Below are positions 26,717 through 35,681 of a DNA stretch of 64,000 nt, piece after piece. The notes below the pieces were generated by a model. That model had not been told where the DNA came from and did no database searches. It saw only the letters and a list, made by a program, of their open reading frames with translations. The DNA comes from an uncultured Candidatus Kuenenia sp. (GTDB lineage: Bacteria > Planctomycetota > Planctomycetia > Pirellulales > UBA1268). Numbering within the stretch: the first letter of the stretch is position 1; each line of letters starts with the position of its first letter. Made by a program: the position numbers and the translations under genes. Where the stretch lies: assembly GCA_964453165.1 (NCBI GenBank), contig CAYVNX010000001.1, positions 27,284-91,283 of the forward strand. Reading direction: 5' to 3'.

Positions 26717-29482
26717 ATGGATCAGCTTGGGCGTAGGGCATCGATCTGGACTCCGCGGGCGATGGTGCTCGCAGCGGCCGCGAGCATCGTGGTGGCCGGC
26801 AGGCCGGTCGGGTCCGCTGCTGCCGAGTGGCGGCAGCCCGTCGAGCAGATGCCGCTGGCAACAGACGACGGCGGCGGCGATCAGGCGTTCCGAGTGCCCG
26901 ATGGCTTTGTGGTGGATCGGCTCTTCGTGGTTCCGCGTGAGGAACTCGGCTCCTGGGTTTCGCTTGCGACCGACCCAGCGGGCCGTCTGATTGCCAGCGA
27001 CCAGGCTGACAAGGGGCTCGTGCGGATCACGCCAGCGCCGCTCGATGGAAGCGGCGAGACGGTTGTCGAACGAATTCCCGCTGCGATCACGGGGGCCCAG
27101 GGACTGCTCTGGGCCTTCGATGCGCTGTATGTCGTCTGCAACGGCGGCACCGGCAGCGGTCTCTACCGCCTCACCGACTCCGATGGCGACGACATGCCGG
27201 ACCGGGTGGAGAAACTGCGGGCCTTCGAGGGCGCGGGGGAACACGGGCCGCATGCCATCCGCCTCTCGCCCGACGGAAAAAGGCTGTTCGTCGTCTTCGG
27301 CAATCACACGAAGCTGCCCTTTGACCTGATCGACGAGACGCCGCCCCAGGTCATGGGGGGCATCCGCGCGAACCAGCGGAGGGTGCGGCTCGGGCCCGAC
27401 GGCACGAGCCGACTGCCCTGCAACTGGGACGAGGACGTCGTGGTCCGCCGGATGTGGGACGCCAACGGCCACGCGGCTGGGATTCTCGCCCCGGGTGGCT
27501 TCATCGCCTCGACCGATCCCGAGGGCAAGGGCTGGGAGGTGTGGAGCGCCGGTTACCGGAACGTCTACGACTTCGCCTTCAACGCCGACGGCGAACTCTT
27601 CGCCTACGACGCCGACATGGAGTGGGATCTGGGCTCGCCCTGGTATCGCCCCACGCGGGTCAACCACGCGACCAGCGGAAGCGAACTCGGCTGGCGGAGC
27701 GGCACCGCCAAGTGGCCCGCCTCGTACGGCGATAGCCTGCCCGGCCTCCTCGACATCGGACCGGGGTCGCCGGTGGGGGTCTGCTTCGGCTACGGCAGCC
27801 GGTTTCCTGGCCGCTACCAACGAGCCCTGTACGTCTGCGACTGGACCTTCGGCACGATGTATGCGGTCCACCTGGAGCCCGAGGGCTCGACGTACCGCGG
27901 CACGAAGGAGGAGTTCGTGGCCCGCACGCCCTTGCCGCTGACCGACGTGACCGTCGGCCGCGACGGAGCGATGTATTTCACGGTCGGCGGTCGCGGCGGG
28001 CAGAGCGAACTCTATCGGGTGCGGTATGCCGGCACCGACCCGGTCGCCCCGGTGGACGGCAAGGACGCCAGGGAGGTGGCCGCCCGAGCCACCCGGCGGT
28101 CGCTGGAGATGCTGCATCGTCGGGTGGACGATCCTGCGTCGGCTGTGGCGACGGCATTGCCGCATCTGGCGAGTTCCGATCGCTTCCTTCGCTATGCCGC
28201 CCGGATCGCACTGGAACACCAACCGCTTGCGACGTGGAAGGACGCAGCCCTCAATCATGCCGACCCATCCGCTCGGATCGAGGCGGCGATCGCCGTCGCC
28301 CGACAGGCCGACTCGGACGCGCAGCCAGAGGTGCTCGCGGCCCTCGACTCAGTCGATGGAGCCAGTCTGTCGCCCGAGGATCAGGTGCGGCTCGTGCGGG
28401 CCTGTCAGCTTGCGATCATCCGCCTCGGAGAGCCGCCCGCCGATGTCCGGGCAGCGATCGCGGCCCGGGTAATGCCAGTCTTTCCCACCGGTACAGACGA
28501 TCTCGACCGGGAACTGGCCAGCCTCCTCGCGGCGGTGAGGGCTCCGGGAATCGTGCCGCGTCTCGTCGGCCTGCTCGCCGATCGGGGCACAACGCCACCG
28601 AGCAACATCACGGCCGACGAAGCCGAGGTTCGTTCGCTGATCGAGCGGAATGCCGGCTACGGCGAGGCGGTGCGGGCCGCGCTCGATCGACGGGGCGACA
28701 TGCTCCAGATGCACTACGCCTATGTCTTGCGGGTGCTCCAGGATCAGCCGGATGACAGACTCTGGACGGCCGCCGACCGCAAGGCCTACTTCGCCTGGTT
28801 CAAGCGGGCTCGGGAGTGGGGCGGCGGAAACAGCTTCCAGAAGTTCCTGACGAACATCGAGGACGAGAGCCTGGCGGGGCTCTCTGAGAACGACCGGCTG
28901 GCGCTCGAGGCGCTGGGCGTGCGGGAGCCCTACATTCCCCCGCCGCTGCCGAAGCCCCAGGGGCCGGGGCGCACCTGGTCGGTCGCCGAGGTCATGGCTG
29001 CCACCGAACAGGGGCTCGCTCCGGGCACCCGTAACTTTGCCAAGGGCAAGCAGGCGTTCGCCGCGGCCCGGTGCATCGTCTGCCATCGGTTCGACGGTGA
29101 CGGCGGAGCGACGGGCCCCGACCTGACGCAGGCCGGCGGCCGGTTTCAAGTGAAGGACATGGTCGAGGCGATCGTGGAGCCGAGCCGCGCGGTCTCGGAC
29201 CAATACCGCGCGAGCATTCTCGAACTCACGAGCGGCAAGGTCATTACGGGCCGGATCGTCGCGGAAACCGCAGAGTCGGTGACGGTCGTGGTGGACCCAG
29301 AAAGCGCTGCCACCTGCGTGGAACTTGCCCGCGGCGACATCGAAGCGATTACGCCATCCCCCACCTCGCTGATGCCCGCCGGCCTCCTCGACCAACTCAA
29401 CGAGGACGAGGTGCTCGATCTGCTGGCCTACACCCTCTCCCGTGGCAAGAAGAAGGATCCCCGGTTCCGCCGGGGCCGGTAG
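26717..29482 (+). CDS. PVC-type putative membrane-bound dehydrogenase / HEAT-repeat / C-terminal heme-c-binding protein
   Basis: 921 aa. N-terminal FRVPDGFVVDRLFVVPREELGSWVSLATDPAGRLIASDQ and beta-propeller-like region. C-terminal cytochrome c module with CIVCHRFDGDGGATGPDLT ... SLMPAGLL. This domain pair is, from memory, characteristic of Planctomycetes/Verrucomicrobia. Confidence 0.75.
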   Translation: MDQLGRRASIWTPRAMVLAAAASIVVAGRPVGSAAAEWRQPVEQMPLATDDGGGDQAFRVPDGFVVDRLFVVPREELGSWVSLATDPAGRLIASDQADKGLVRITPAPLDGSGETVVERIPAAITGAQGLLWAFDALYVVCNGGTGSGLYRLTDSDGDDMPDRVEKLRAFEGAGEHGPHAIRLSPDGKRLFVVFGNHTKLPFDLIDETPPQVMGGIRANQRRVRLGPDGTSRLPCNWDEDVVVRRMWDANGHAAGILAPGGFIASTDPEGKGWEVWSAGYRNVYDFAFNADGELFAYDADMEWDLGSPWYRPTRVNHATSGSELGWRSGTAKWPASYGDSLPGLLDIGPGSPVGVCFGYGSRFPGRYQRALYVCDWTFGTMYAVHLEPEGSTYRGTKEEFVARTPLPLTDVTVGRDGAMYFTVGGRGGQSELYRVRYAGTDPVAPVDGKDAREVAARATRRSLEMLHRRVDDPASAVATALPHLASSDRFLRYAARIALEHQPLATWKDAALNHADPSARIEAAIAVARQADSDAQPEVLAALDSVDGASLSPEDQVRLVRACQLAIIRLGEPPADVRAAIAARVMPVFPTGTDDLDRELASLLAAVRAPGIVPRLVGLLADRGTTPPSNITADEAEVRSLIERNAGYGEAVRAALDRRGDMLQMHYAYVLRVLQDQPDDRLWTAADRKAYFAWFKRAREWGGGNSFQKFLTNIEDESLAGLSENDRLALEALGVREPYIPPPLPKPQGPGRTWSVAEVMAATEQGLAPGTRNFAKGKQAFAAARCIVCHRFDGDGGATGPDLTQAGGRFQVKDMVEAIVEPSRAVSDQYRASILELTSGKVITGRIVAETAESVTVVVDPESAATCVELARGDIEAITPSPTSLMPAGLLDQLNEDEVLDLLAYTLSRGKKKDPRFRRGR

Positions 29483-29532
29483 CCCCTCGTCACTTCAATC
29501 GCTGGCTCGTGGGCGGCACACGTGATTCAAAA

Positions 29533-29630
29533 CGGGATCCGCTGCCACGCGGAGCCCCCGACGCGAGTCGGGGGCTTCTATGCCGCGGGGACCGATCCGA
29601 ATCAAAGCCCCGGGCGCCAGCCCGGGCAAA
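29533..29630 (+). repeat. REP-like double-hairpin element, copy 1 (plus orientation)
   Basis: Hairpin 1 at 29553-29576: agcccccgac-gcga-gtcgggggct (10 bp). Hairpin 2 at 29609-29626: cccgggc-gcca-gcccggg (7 bp). About 75-80% identical by eye over approx 100 nt to the reverse complement of 44712-44815. Starts approx 50 nt after the stop of the 921-aa gene. Confidence 0.7.
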
Positions 29631-29660
29631 CTGGGCGATTTGCGGGGGCGAGGTCTGGCG

Positions 29661-29689
29661 TTGACCCCCGAGGAGGGCGTTCATAGATT
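29661..29689 (+). promoter_or_regulatory. Sigma-70-like promoter candidate upstream of dnaG-rpoD: TTGACC-N17-TAGATT
   Basis: TTGACC at 29661-29666, a 17-nt spacer, TAGATT at 29684-29689, 74 nt upstream of the dnaG ATG at 29763. Confidence 0.45.
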
Positions 29690-29762
29690 GCGGCGGTCAC
29701 CATTCGTTGCCTGGTCATCGACTCCGCGTTCAACGTTTCGCTCCTCGCCCGCCGTTTGAACC

Positions 29763-31598
29763 ATGCAGCCCCAAACCCCCGATCGCGATGACGTCAAAGA
29801 GAGAGTTCGCGACGCGATCGACATCGTCGATCTCGTCGGCTCCTACGTGTCGTTGCGGCGGGCGGGCCGCGGCTTCACTGGCCTCTGTCCCTGGCACGAG
29901 GATTCGCGGCCGAGCCTTCAGGTGAACCCGGAACGGCAGACCTTCCGCTGCTGGGTCTGTGACGTCGGCGGCGACGTCTTCAACTTCATGATGCGGATCG
30001 AGAAGCTGGAGTTTCGCGAGGCGCTCGAGCAGCTGGCCGATCGCGTTGGAATCGACCTGCCGCGGGGCCGGGGTGGCTTGGGCGGCGACGAACGGGCCCA
30101 GCTGGGCCGCGTGCTCGACTGGGCGGCAGCTCGGTTCCGCGAGTGCCTCGTCCACCTTCCCGACGCCGCGGCTGCCCGGGACTACCTGGCTGGTCGGGGA
30201 CTCACGCCCGAGACCCTTGGCAGGTTCGACGTGGGCTTCGCGCCGGAGTCGTGGGACTGGCTCCTGCGGCAGGCTGCTGCCGCAGGTATGGCTACGAGCC
30301 TGCTGGAGAAGACGGGGCTCGCGGTGCCCCGCAATGACCGGCCCGGCCACTACGACCGGTTCCGCGGCCGCGTGATCTTTCCGATTCGGGATCCGTTGGG
30401 ACGGTGCATCGCGTTCGGTGGGCGGGTGCTCCCCGGCGGCCGGCCCGACATGGCCAAATACATCAATTCGCCCGAGACGCCGCTGTTCTCCAAGAGTTCC
30501 ACGCTCTACGGGCTCGACTCGGCTCGTGAGGCGATGGCCCACTCCCGCAGGGCGGTCGTGGTCGAAGGCTACACCGACTGTCTGGCCGCCCGGCAGGCCG
30601 GCTGTTCCGACGTGGTGGCCGTGCTCGGCACCGCCCTTGGGGAACGACACGCGAAACTACTCCGCCGGTATGCCGACCGCGTGGTGCTCGTTCTCGACGG
30701 CGACGACGCCGGCCGGCGGCGAGCCAACGAGATCCTCGGCGTGCTCCTGGCCGAGCCGATCGATCTCCGGATCGCCCGGCTGCCATCCGGGGTCGATCCC
30801 TGCGACTTCATCCTCGGTGAAGGCGGGGCGGCCTTCGAGGAGATTCTGGCGGCCGCCGTCGACCCGCTCGACTACCGGATGGACGAGGCGCTCGCCTCGT
30901 TGCCGGCCGACGCGGGCGACGACGCTGCCCTGAACGCCGTCGAGAGCGTGCTTGCCGCCCTCGCCGCCGCCCGCTCGGGATCTTCGCTCTCGCCCTCGGA
31001 ACACCGGCTCCGCGAGGATCAGGTGCTCGGCCGACTGGCCCGCCGGTTCGGGCTTTCCCGCGCCGTGCTGCTCGAGCGGCTGCAGGCGCTCCGCGGCCGG
31101 GGCAGGGGGGGGCCGGGCCCCGAGCCCGTTCCCGAAGACTCGGCGGGAGTGCCGCGGCTACCGGCCTGGGATCGGGAGGTGCTCGAGGTGCTCGTTGGGG
31201 TGCCGGAAGGCGTCGGCCTCGTCGTGCGAGAGGTGCAACCGAACGACCTTGGCAGCCTGGAAGGCCGGACGGTGATGGAGGCCGCCTGCCGGCTGCACGC
31301 CGAGGGCCGGCCCGTCGGACTTTCAGGTCTGCTGATGGCCTTGCCCGATCCGCGGATCCAGAGTCTGCTGGTGGCCGTGGACGAAACCAACGCATCCCGT
31401 GGCCCTCTCGACCCAACGGAGCGGCTCGGCCATCTGGCCGACGCGCTGCGGCGGCGGGCCGCCGGCCGCGTGGCGCACGCCAGCGCCCGCGCACTCAAGA
31501 CAACTCGGCTCGATTCCCGCGCCGAGGCGGAACTTTTGGAACAGCTCGTCGCCCAACGGCGAGCCGCACAGGGCATGTCCGAACCCAAGGATGGGTGA
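29763..31598 (+). CDS. dnaG: DNA primase
   Basis: CHC2 zinc finger CPWHEDSRPSLQV...FRCWVCDVGGDVFNF. TOPRIM region VVVEGYTDCLA ... LVLDGDDAGRRA. Confidence 0.92.
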   Translation: MQPQTPDRDDVKERVRDAIDIVDLVGSYVSLRRAGRGFTGLCPWHEDSRPSLQVNPERQTFRCWVCDVGGDVFNFMMRIEKLEFREALEQLADRVGIDLPRGRGGLGGDERAQLGRVLDWAAARFRECLVHLPDAAAARDYLAGRGLTPETLGRFDVGFAPESWDWLLRQAAAAGMATSLLEKTGLAVPRNDRPGHYDRFRGRVIFPIRDPLGRCIAFGGRVLPGGRPDMAKYINSPETPLFSKSSTLYGLDSAREAMAHSRRAVVVEGYTDCLAARQAGCSDVVAVLGTALGERHAKLLRRYADRVVLVLDGDDAGRRRANEILGVLLAEPIDLRIARLPSGVDPCDFILGEGGAAFEEILAAAVDPLDYRMDEALASLPADAGDDAALNAVESVLAALAAARSGSSLSPSEHRLREDQVLGRLARRFGLSRAVLLERLQALRGRGRGGPGPEPVPEDSAGVPRLPAWDREVLEVLVGVPEGVGLVVREVQPNDLGSLEGRTVMEAACRLHAEGRPVGLSGLLMALPDPRIQSLLVAVDETNASRGPLDPTERLGHLADALRRRAAGRVAHASARALKTTRLDSRAEAELLEQLVAQRRAAQGMSEPKDG

Positions 31599-31698
31599 GG
31601 GTGTCCAACTCGTCGTTGCAGTCGGTCCGCCGGAAGCTCCTCCGTCGGTCCGGGGGGCGGCGCGCGAGTGACGATGGTATGGTGAAGGAGAACCCCAG

Positions 31699-33417
31699 AT
31701 GAACCGTTTCGTGCAACCCTCCCACAAGCCTTCCGCCGCGGCCGAACTCGCTCCAGGGGCGAACGGTGCCGCACACACGCCATCGGCTCCCGGCGGCGAC
31801 GCCGATCTCGGACGGCTGGTAGCCCTGGGCACCTCGCTCGGCTACCTCACGTTCGATCAGGTCAACGAATACCTGCCGGACGAGGCGGTGGACCCGGAGA
31901 AGATCGACGCCCTGCTCGTCGCCCTTGAGGACAAGGGAATCGAACTGGTCGATGCTCCGCCGGAACCGGCCGCGGCCGAGCCTGCAGCTCCCGCCCGGCC
32001 CCGGCGGGACGAGGCGATCACAACGCCCCCGTCCAACGCGGGCAACGACCCGATCCGGATGTACCTGGCCCAGATGGCCGAGATTCCGTTGCTCACCCGC
32101 CGTGAGGAAATATCCCTCGCCAAGCGCATCGAGGTGACGCGGAAGCGGTTCCGTCGGGCGGTCCTGGGATGCGCCTACTCCCTCCAGGCAACGGTGGACA
32201 CGCTCCGCAAGGTGCACGAGGGCCATCTGCCCTTCGATCGAACGATCAAGGTGTCGCTCACCGAGCGACTCACGAAGGAGCAGATCCAGGCCCGAATGCC
32301 GCACAACCTCCAGACCCTCGACAGGCTGATGGCTGAGAGCCGGACTGCATTTCGGCAGCTCATCAGCCAGCGAACCGGCCCGGCCGAGGCCCGGGCTGCC
32401 CGCGAGAAATTTCGCCGCCACCGCGCGAAGTTGCTCGTCTTGGTCGAGGAACTGAGCCTTCGCACCAGGCGGGTGCAGCCGCTCGTCAAGATCCTCCGCG
32501 GCATGTCGGCCCGGATGGACGCCCTCCAGCGGGACCTCAAGGCGATGAAGGCGGGCGAACGGAGCTGCGACGACCGGGCCGACATGCGGAAGGAACTCCG
32601 CGACCTGATGCTGACCACCCTCGAAAGCCCGCGGTCGCTGCGAGAGCGGGTGGGAACGCTCGATAAGCTCCGCGAGGAGTACGAGGCGGCCAAGCGGAAC
32701 CTCTCGGCCTCGAACCTCCGGCTCGTCGTGTCGATCGCAAAGAAGTACCGCAACCGCGGCCTGTCGTTTCTCGACCTGATCCAGGAGGGGAACACCGGCT
32801 TGATGCGAGCCGTCGACAAGTACGAGTATCGCCGGGGCTTCAAGTTTTCGACCTACGCCACCTGGTGGATTCGGCAGGCGATCACCCGGGCGATCGCGGA
32901 TCAGGCCCGCACCATCCGAATCCCGGTGCACATGATCGACGTGCTCTCGAAGCTGCGGACAATGGCGAAGAAGCTGCTTCACGAACTGGGCCGGGAACCG
33001 AGCGCGGAGGAAATCGCCGCCGCGGCGGACGTGCCGCTCGAGGAGGCCCGCCGGGTGATGGACATGGGACGGCAGCCGATGAGCCTCGACCGGCCGGTGG
33101 GCGAGAGCGAGGACGCGAGCTTCAGCGAGTTCGTCGAGGATGTCGGCGTGGCCAGCCCCACGCAGTCCACGACTCACGGCCTCTTGCGGGACAAGATCGA
33201 TTCGCTCCTCAAGACACTCACCTACCGTGAACGCGAGATCATTCGACTCCGCTACGGCCTGACCGACGGCTACACCTACACCCTCGAGGAGGTCGGCCGG
33301 ATCTTCCGCGTCACCCGGGAGCGGGTCAGGCAGATCGAGGCCAAGGCCGTGAAGAAGCTCCAGCATCCGGTCCGCTCCCGGCAGCTGGAAAACTTCATGG
33401 AAAACGCGGTCAACTGA
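31699..33417 (+). CDS. rpoD: Primary RNA polymerase sigma factor (sigma-70)
   Basis: AAGGAG RBS upstream. Region 1.1-like acidic N-terminus, region 2 [30 protein letters not shown], region 4 [27 protein letters not shown]. Sits directly downstream of dnaG, the conserved pairing. Confidence 0.95.
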   Translation: MNRFVQPSHKPSAAAELAPGANGAAHTPSAPGGDADLGRLVALGTSLGYLTFDQVNEYLPDEAVDPEKIDALLVALEDKGIELVDAPPEPAAAEPAAPARPRRDEAITTPPSNAGNDPIRMYLAQMAEIPLLTRREEISLAKRIEVTRKRFRRAVLGCAYSLQATVDTLRKVHEGHLPFDRTIKVSLTERLTKEQIQARMPHNLQTLDRLMAESRTAFRQLISQRTGPAEARAAREKFRRHRAKLLVLVEELSLRTRRVQPLVKILRGMSARMDALQRDLKAMKAGERSCDDRADMRKELRDLMLTTLESPRSLRERVGTLDKLREEYEAAKRNLSASNLRLVVSIAKKYRNRGLSFLDLIQEGNTGLMRAVDKYEYRRGFKFSTYATWWIRQAITRAIADQARTIRIPVHMIDVLSKLRTMAKKLLHELGREPSAEEIAAAADVPLEEARRVMDMGRQPMSLDRPVGESEDASFSEFVEDVGVASPTQSTTHGLLRDKIDSLLKTLTYREREIIRLRYGLTDGYTYTLEEVGRIFRVTRERVRQIEAKAVKKLQHPVRSRQLENFMENAVN

Positions 33418-33495
33418 CCACCCGGCGTGGTCGCGTGACACCGGCGTGATACACTCTCCGGCGGGGCGGATGTCCCCGTCCCGTCGGAGAGCATC

Positions 33496-34218
33496 ATGTC
33501 TGTCGCCGTCGCCACTGGAACGCTTCGCACGTTGCACCGGATGTACCGGCAACTGGAGGATCTCAGCGGCCGGCTGGCAGCCGGGCCGCGACGGGTGGCC
33601 GTGCTGGCAGCAGCGGTCGCGGCGGCCGAGGCCGGGCTGCAGCAGGCCCACGACGCGCTCAAGCTGGCGAGGTTGTCGGCCGACAAGAAGCAGCTGGAGT
33701 TGAAGTCGGCCGAGGTCAAGATCCGCGACCTCGAGAGCAAGCTCAACGCCTGCAAGACCAACCGGGAATACCAGACGCTTGGCGACCAGATAGCGGCCGA
33801 CAAGATGGCTACCAAGGTGCTCGAGGACGAGATTCTCGACGCCCTCGAGAGGATCGACGCCCTCAAGCCGGCTGTGCCCGATGCCGAGGCGGCGATCACC
33901 GCTGCCAAGCGGCGGCTCAGCGAGGAAGAGGCTCGGGTGCGGGGCGAGGCCGGCCAGTTGGAGGCCGAGGTCAGTCGCATCCGGGGCGATCTCGCCGCGA
34001 CCGAGAAGGAGTTGAGCGACGACGTCCGGGAACGGTACGACCGCGCCGTCAAGCTCAAGGGAGCCGACGGCATGGCCGAGGTCGATGGCCGCAGCTGCGG
34101 CGGCTGTCACCAGCAGATCACGAGCAACATGCAATCCGAACTGCTGACCGGCAGAGTCGTGATCTGTCGGAGTTGTGGCCGCCTGCTCTACACGCCCGCC
34201 GGTTCGGGCCAGGCGTGA
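33496..34218 (+). CDS. Coiled-coil protein with C-terminal C4 zinc ribbon (COG1579-like)
   Basis: 240 aa. Long heptad-like helical region, then CGGCHQQI...VVICRSCGRLLY (CxxC...CxxC). Confidence 0.7.
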   Translation: MSVAVATGTLRTLHRMYRQLEDLSGRLAAGPRRVAVLAAAVAAAEAGLQQAHDALKLARLSADKKQLELKSAEVKIRDLESKLNACKTNREYQTLGDQIAADKMATKVLEDEILDALERIDALKPAVPDAEAAITAAKRRLSEEEARVRGEAGQLEAEVSRIRGDLAATEKELSDDVRERYDRAVKLKGADGMAEVDGRSCGGCHQQITSNMQSELLTGRVVICRSCGRLLYTPAGSGQA

Positions 34219-34256
34219 CGGGCCTCGTTGGGCGAGGCTGCTCGATCCACACGTTC

Positions 34257-34312
34257 GATGTGTCTCAGGGATTGAATGTGCATTAGGGATTGGATGTGTC
34301 TTAGGGGAGTTG
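34257..34312 (+). promoter_or_regulatory. Three tandem 18-20-nt imperfect direct repeats in the greA leader, each with an (A/G)GGGA core
   Basis: gatgtgtctcagggattg (34257-34274), aatgtgcattagggattg (34275-34292), gatgtgtcttaggggagttg (34293-34312). The third overlaps the Shine-Dalgarno-like GGGGAG just before ATG 34317. By eye this is the most AT-rich stretch of the window. Confidence 0.6.
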
Positions 34313-34316
34313 ATTG

Positions 34317-34796
34317 ATGTCCGATCGCATTCCGATGACCAGGGCCGGCTACGACAAGCTCAAGGCCGAGGTGGAGGATCTCGAAACCGTCGAGATGCCC
34401 AAGCTCGCCCAGCGAGTTGCGGCAGCCCGCAGCGAGGGTGACCTCAGCGAAAATGCCGAATACCACGGGGCCCGCGAGAGCCAGGGCATGCTCCAGGCCA
34501 AGATCAATGTGCTTCGCGACAAGCTGGCCCGGGCCGTGATCGTGGAGCGGGCCAAGGAACCGACCGGCGAGGTGGTGTTCGGGGCCACGATCCGCGTCAA
34601 AGATCTGAAGTTCGGCGACGAGGAGGAATACGTGCTCGTCGGCGCTGGCGAGGAGGACTTCGACTCCGGCCGGATCAACGTCGCCAGCCCCCTCGCCCAG
34701 GGCTTCCTCGGGCGGAAGGTCGGCGAGAAGGTCTCGATCGACGTTCCGGCCGGCACGCTCAAGTATGAAATTCTCGAGGTCCGGTTCGAGGATTGA
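34317..34796 (+). CDS. greA: Transcription elongation factor GreA
   Basis: MSDRIPMTRAGYDKLKAEVEDLE...AARSEGDLSENAEYHGARESQ...INVASPLAQGFLGRKVGE. The track start TTG 34314 is one codon upstream of ATG 34317. Confidence 0.92.
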   Translation: MSDRIPMTRAGYDKLKAEVEDLETVEMPKLAQRVAAARSEGDLSENAEYHGARESQGMLQAKINVLRDKLARAVIVERAKEPTGEVVFGATIRVKDLKFGDEEEYVLVGAGEEDFDSGRINVASPLAQGFLGRKVGEKVSIDVPAGTLKYEILEVRFED

Positions 34797-34815
34797 GCGG
34801 CTCGTGCGGTCCGGG

Positions 34816-34840
34816 GAAAAAGCCTTTCATGGCCTTTTTC
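34816..34840. terminator. Possible bidirectional intrinsic terminator between convergent greA and yggS
   Basis: gaaaaagcc-tttcat-ggcctttttc is an A-tract/short GC stem/T-tract with one bulged C, 20 nt after the greA stop. The stem is weak. Confidence 0.3.
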
Positions 34841-34925
34841 TACGTGGGCGGCCTCAGGAAATACCGAGGGTTTCCTGGGGCACTGGCCGCTGCATCCTCC
34901 GGCGGCAAACGCTTTCCACAGTCTG

Positions 34926-35681
34926 CTATCCAAGGCCCTCGAAGAGCGCCGAGCCGATCCGGACGATGGTCGCTCCTTCCAGGATGGCGGCTTCGAAGTC
35001 GCCACTCATTCCCATCGACAACTCAGCGAGGTGGGATGGCTCCGGCAAATTCGGGACCAGTCGGTCGCGGAGTTCCCGTAGCCGGGCGAAGTCCCTCCGG
35101 GCGTCGGAGTGGGGCGCATCCGGGTGGCCCGCCATGCCCATCAGCCCTCGCAGCCTGACCTGAGTGGATCGCGCCGCGGCCGCGACGAGCGCCGGCACAT
35201 CGGCCTCGGCGGCGCCCGAGCGGCTCGGGTCGCTCGTGAGGTTGACCTCGATGAGCAGGTCGCATGGCGCAAGCCCTTGCCGCCCACCCTCGATCTCGAT
35301 GGCCTCGAGCAGCCGCAGGCTGTCGAGCGTCTCCAGCATGGCCGTCAGCGGGAGCGTGCGGCGGACCTTGTTCCGCTGCAGATGTCCAATCAGGTGCCAA
35401 CTGGGCGGAGGAGTCCAGGCGGCAAGAGCGGCCGACTTCTCCCAGATCGCCTGCGGCCGGCTCTCGGCCAGCTCGCGGCAGCCGGCGGCCAGCACGGCGG
35501 CCGTCGTGGCCGCATCGACGTATTTGGTCACCGCCACAAGCACGACCTCGGCGGGATCCCGGCCGGCCTGGCGGCAGGCCGCTGCCATTCGGTCACGGAC
35601 GGCAGCAACGTTCGCGAGCACCGGCCCGCATACCCGCGGGTCGGCGGTCACTGGTCCGGATGAGTTGTCAGGACCAGTCAC
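34926..35681 (-). CDS. yggS: YggS-family pyridoxal-phosphate homeostasis protein (start uncertain: GTG 35681 overlapping the upstream stop, or GTG 35651)
   Basis: VLVAVTKY (PLP Lys), HLIGHLQRNK, LRGLMGMA, LSMGMSGDFEAAILEGATIVRIGSALF. The 489-aa track ORF is an artefactual N-terminal extension overlapping the upstream gene. Confidence 0.85.
   Translation of the reverse strand: MTGPDNSSGPVTADPRVCGPVLANVAAVRDRMAAACRQAGRDPAEVVLVAVTKYVDAATTAAVLAAGCRELAESRPQAIWEKSAALAAWTPPPSWHLIGHLQRNKVRRTLPLTAMLETLDSLRLLEAIEIEGGRQGLAPCDLLIEVNLTSDPSRSGAAEADVPALVAAAARSTQVRLRGLMGMAGHPDAPHSDARRDFARLRELRDRLVPNLPEPSHLAELSMGMSGDFEAAILEGATIVRIGSALFEGLG

Noticed and set aside
29490-29684. 64-aa minus-strand ORF in the intergenic region upstream of dnaG.
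   Set aside because: It is made up of the REP-like hairpin element and the promoter region, has Arg/Pro/Gly-rich composition and no RBS.
31495-34134. 879-aa minus-strand ORF spanning rpoD and the Zn-ribbon gene; similarly 35264..38056 plus (930 aa) and 48604..50610 minus (668 aa).
   Set aside because: They overlap unmistakable conserved genes (rpoD, yggS, HtrA, thiL) on the other strand or frame and have low-complexity composition.
34257-34312. Possibility that the greA-leader repeats are a mini CRISPR array.
   Set aside because: The units are 18-20 nt, directly abutting with no spacers, only three copies, and there are no cas genes.
34793-35158. 121-132-aa plus-strand ORFs crossing the greA/yggS convergent gap.
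   Set aside because: They run through the terminator-like hairpin and then antisense to yggS. Composition is not protein-like.
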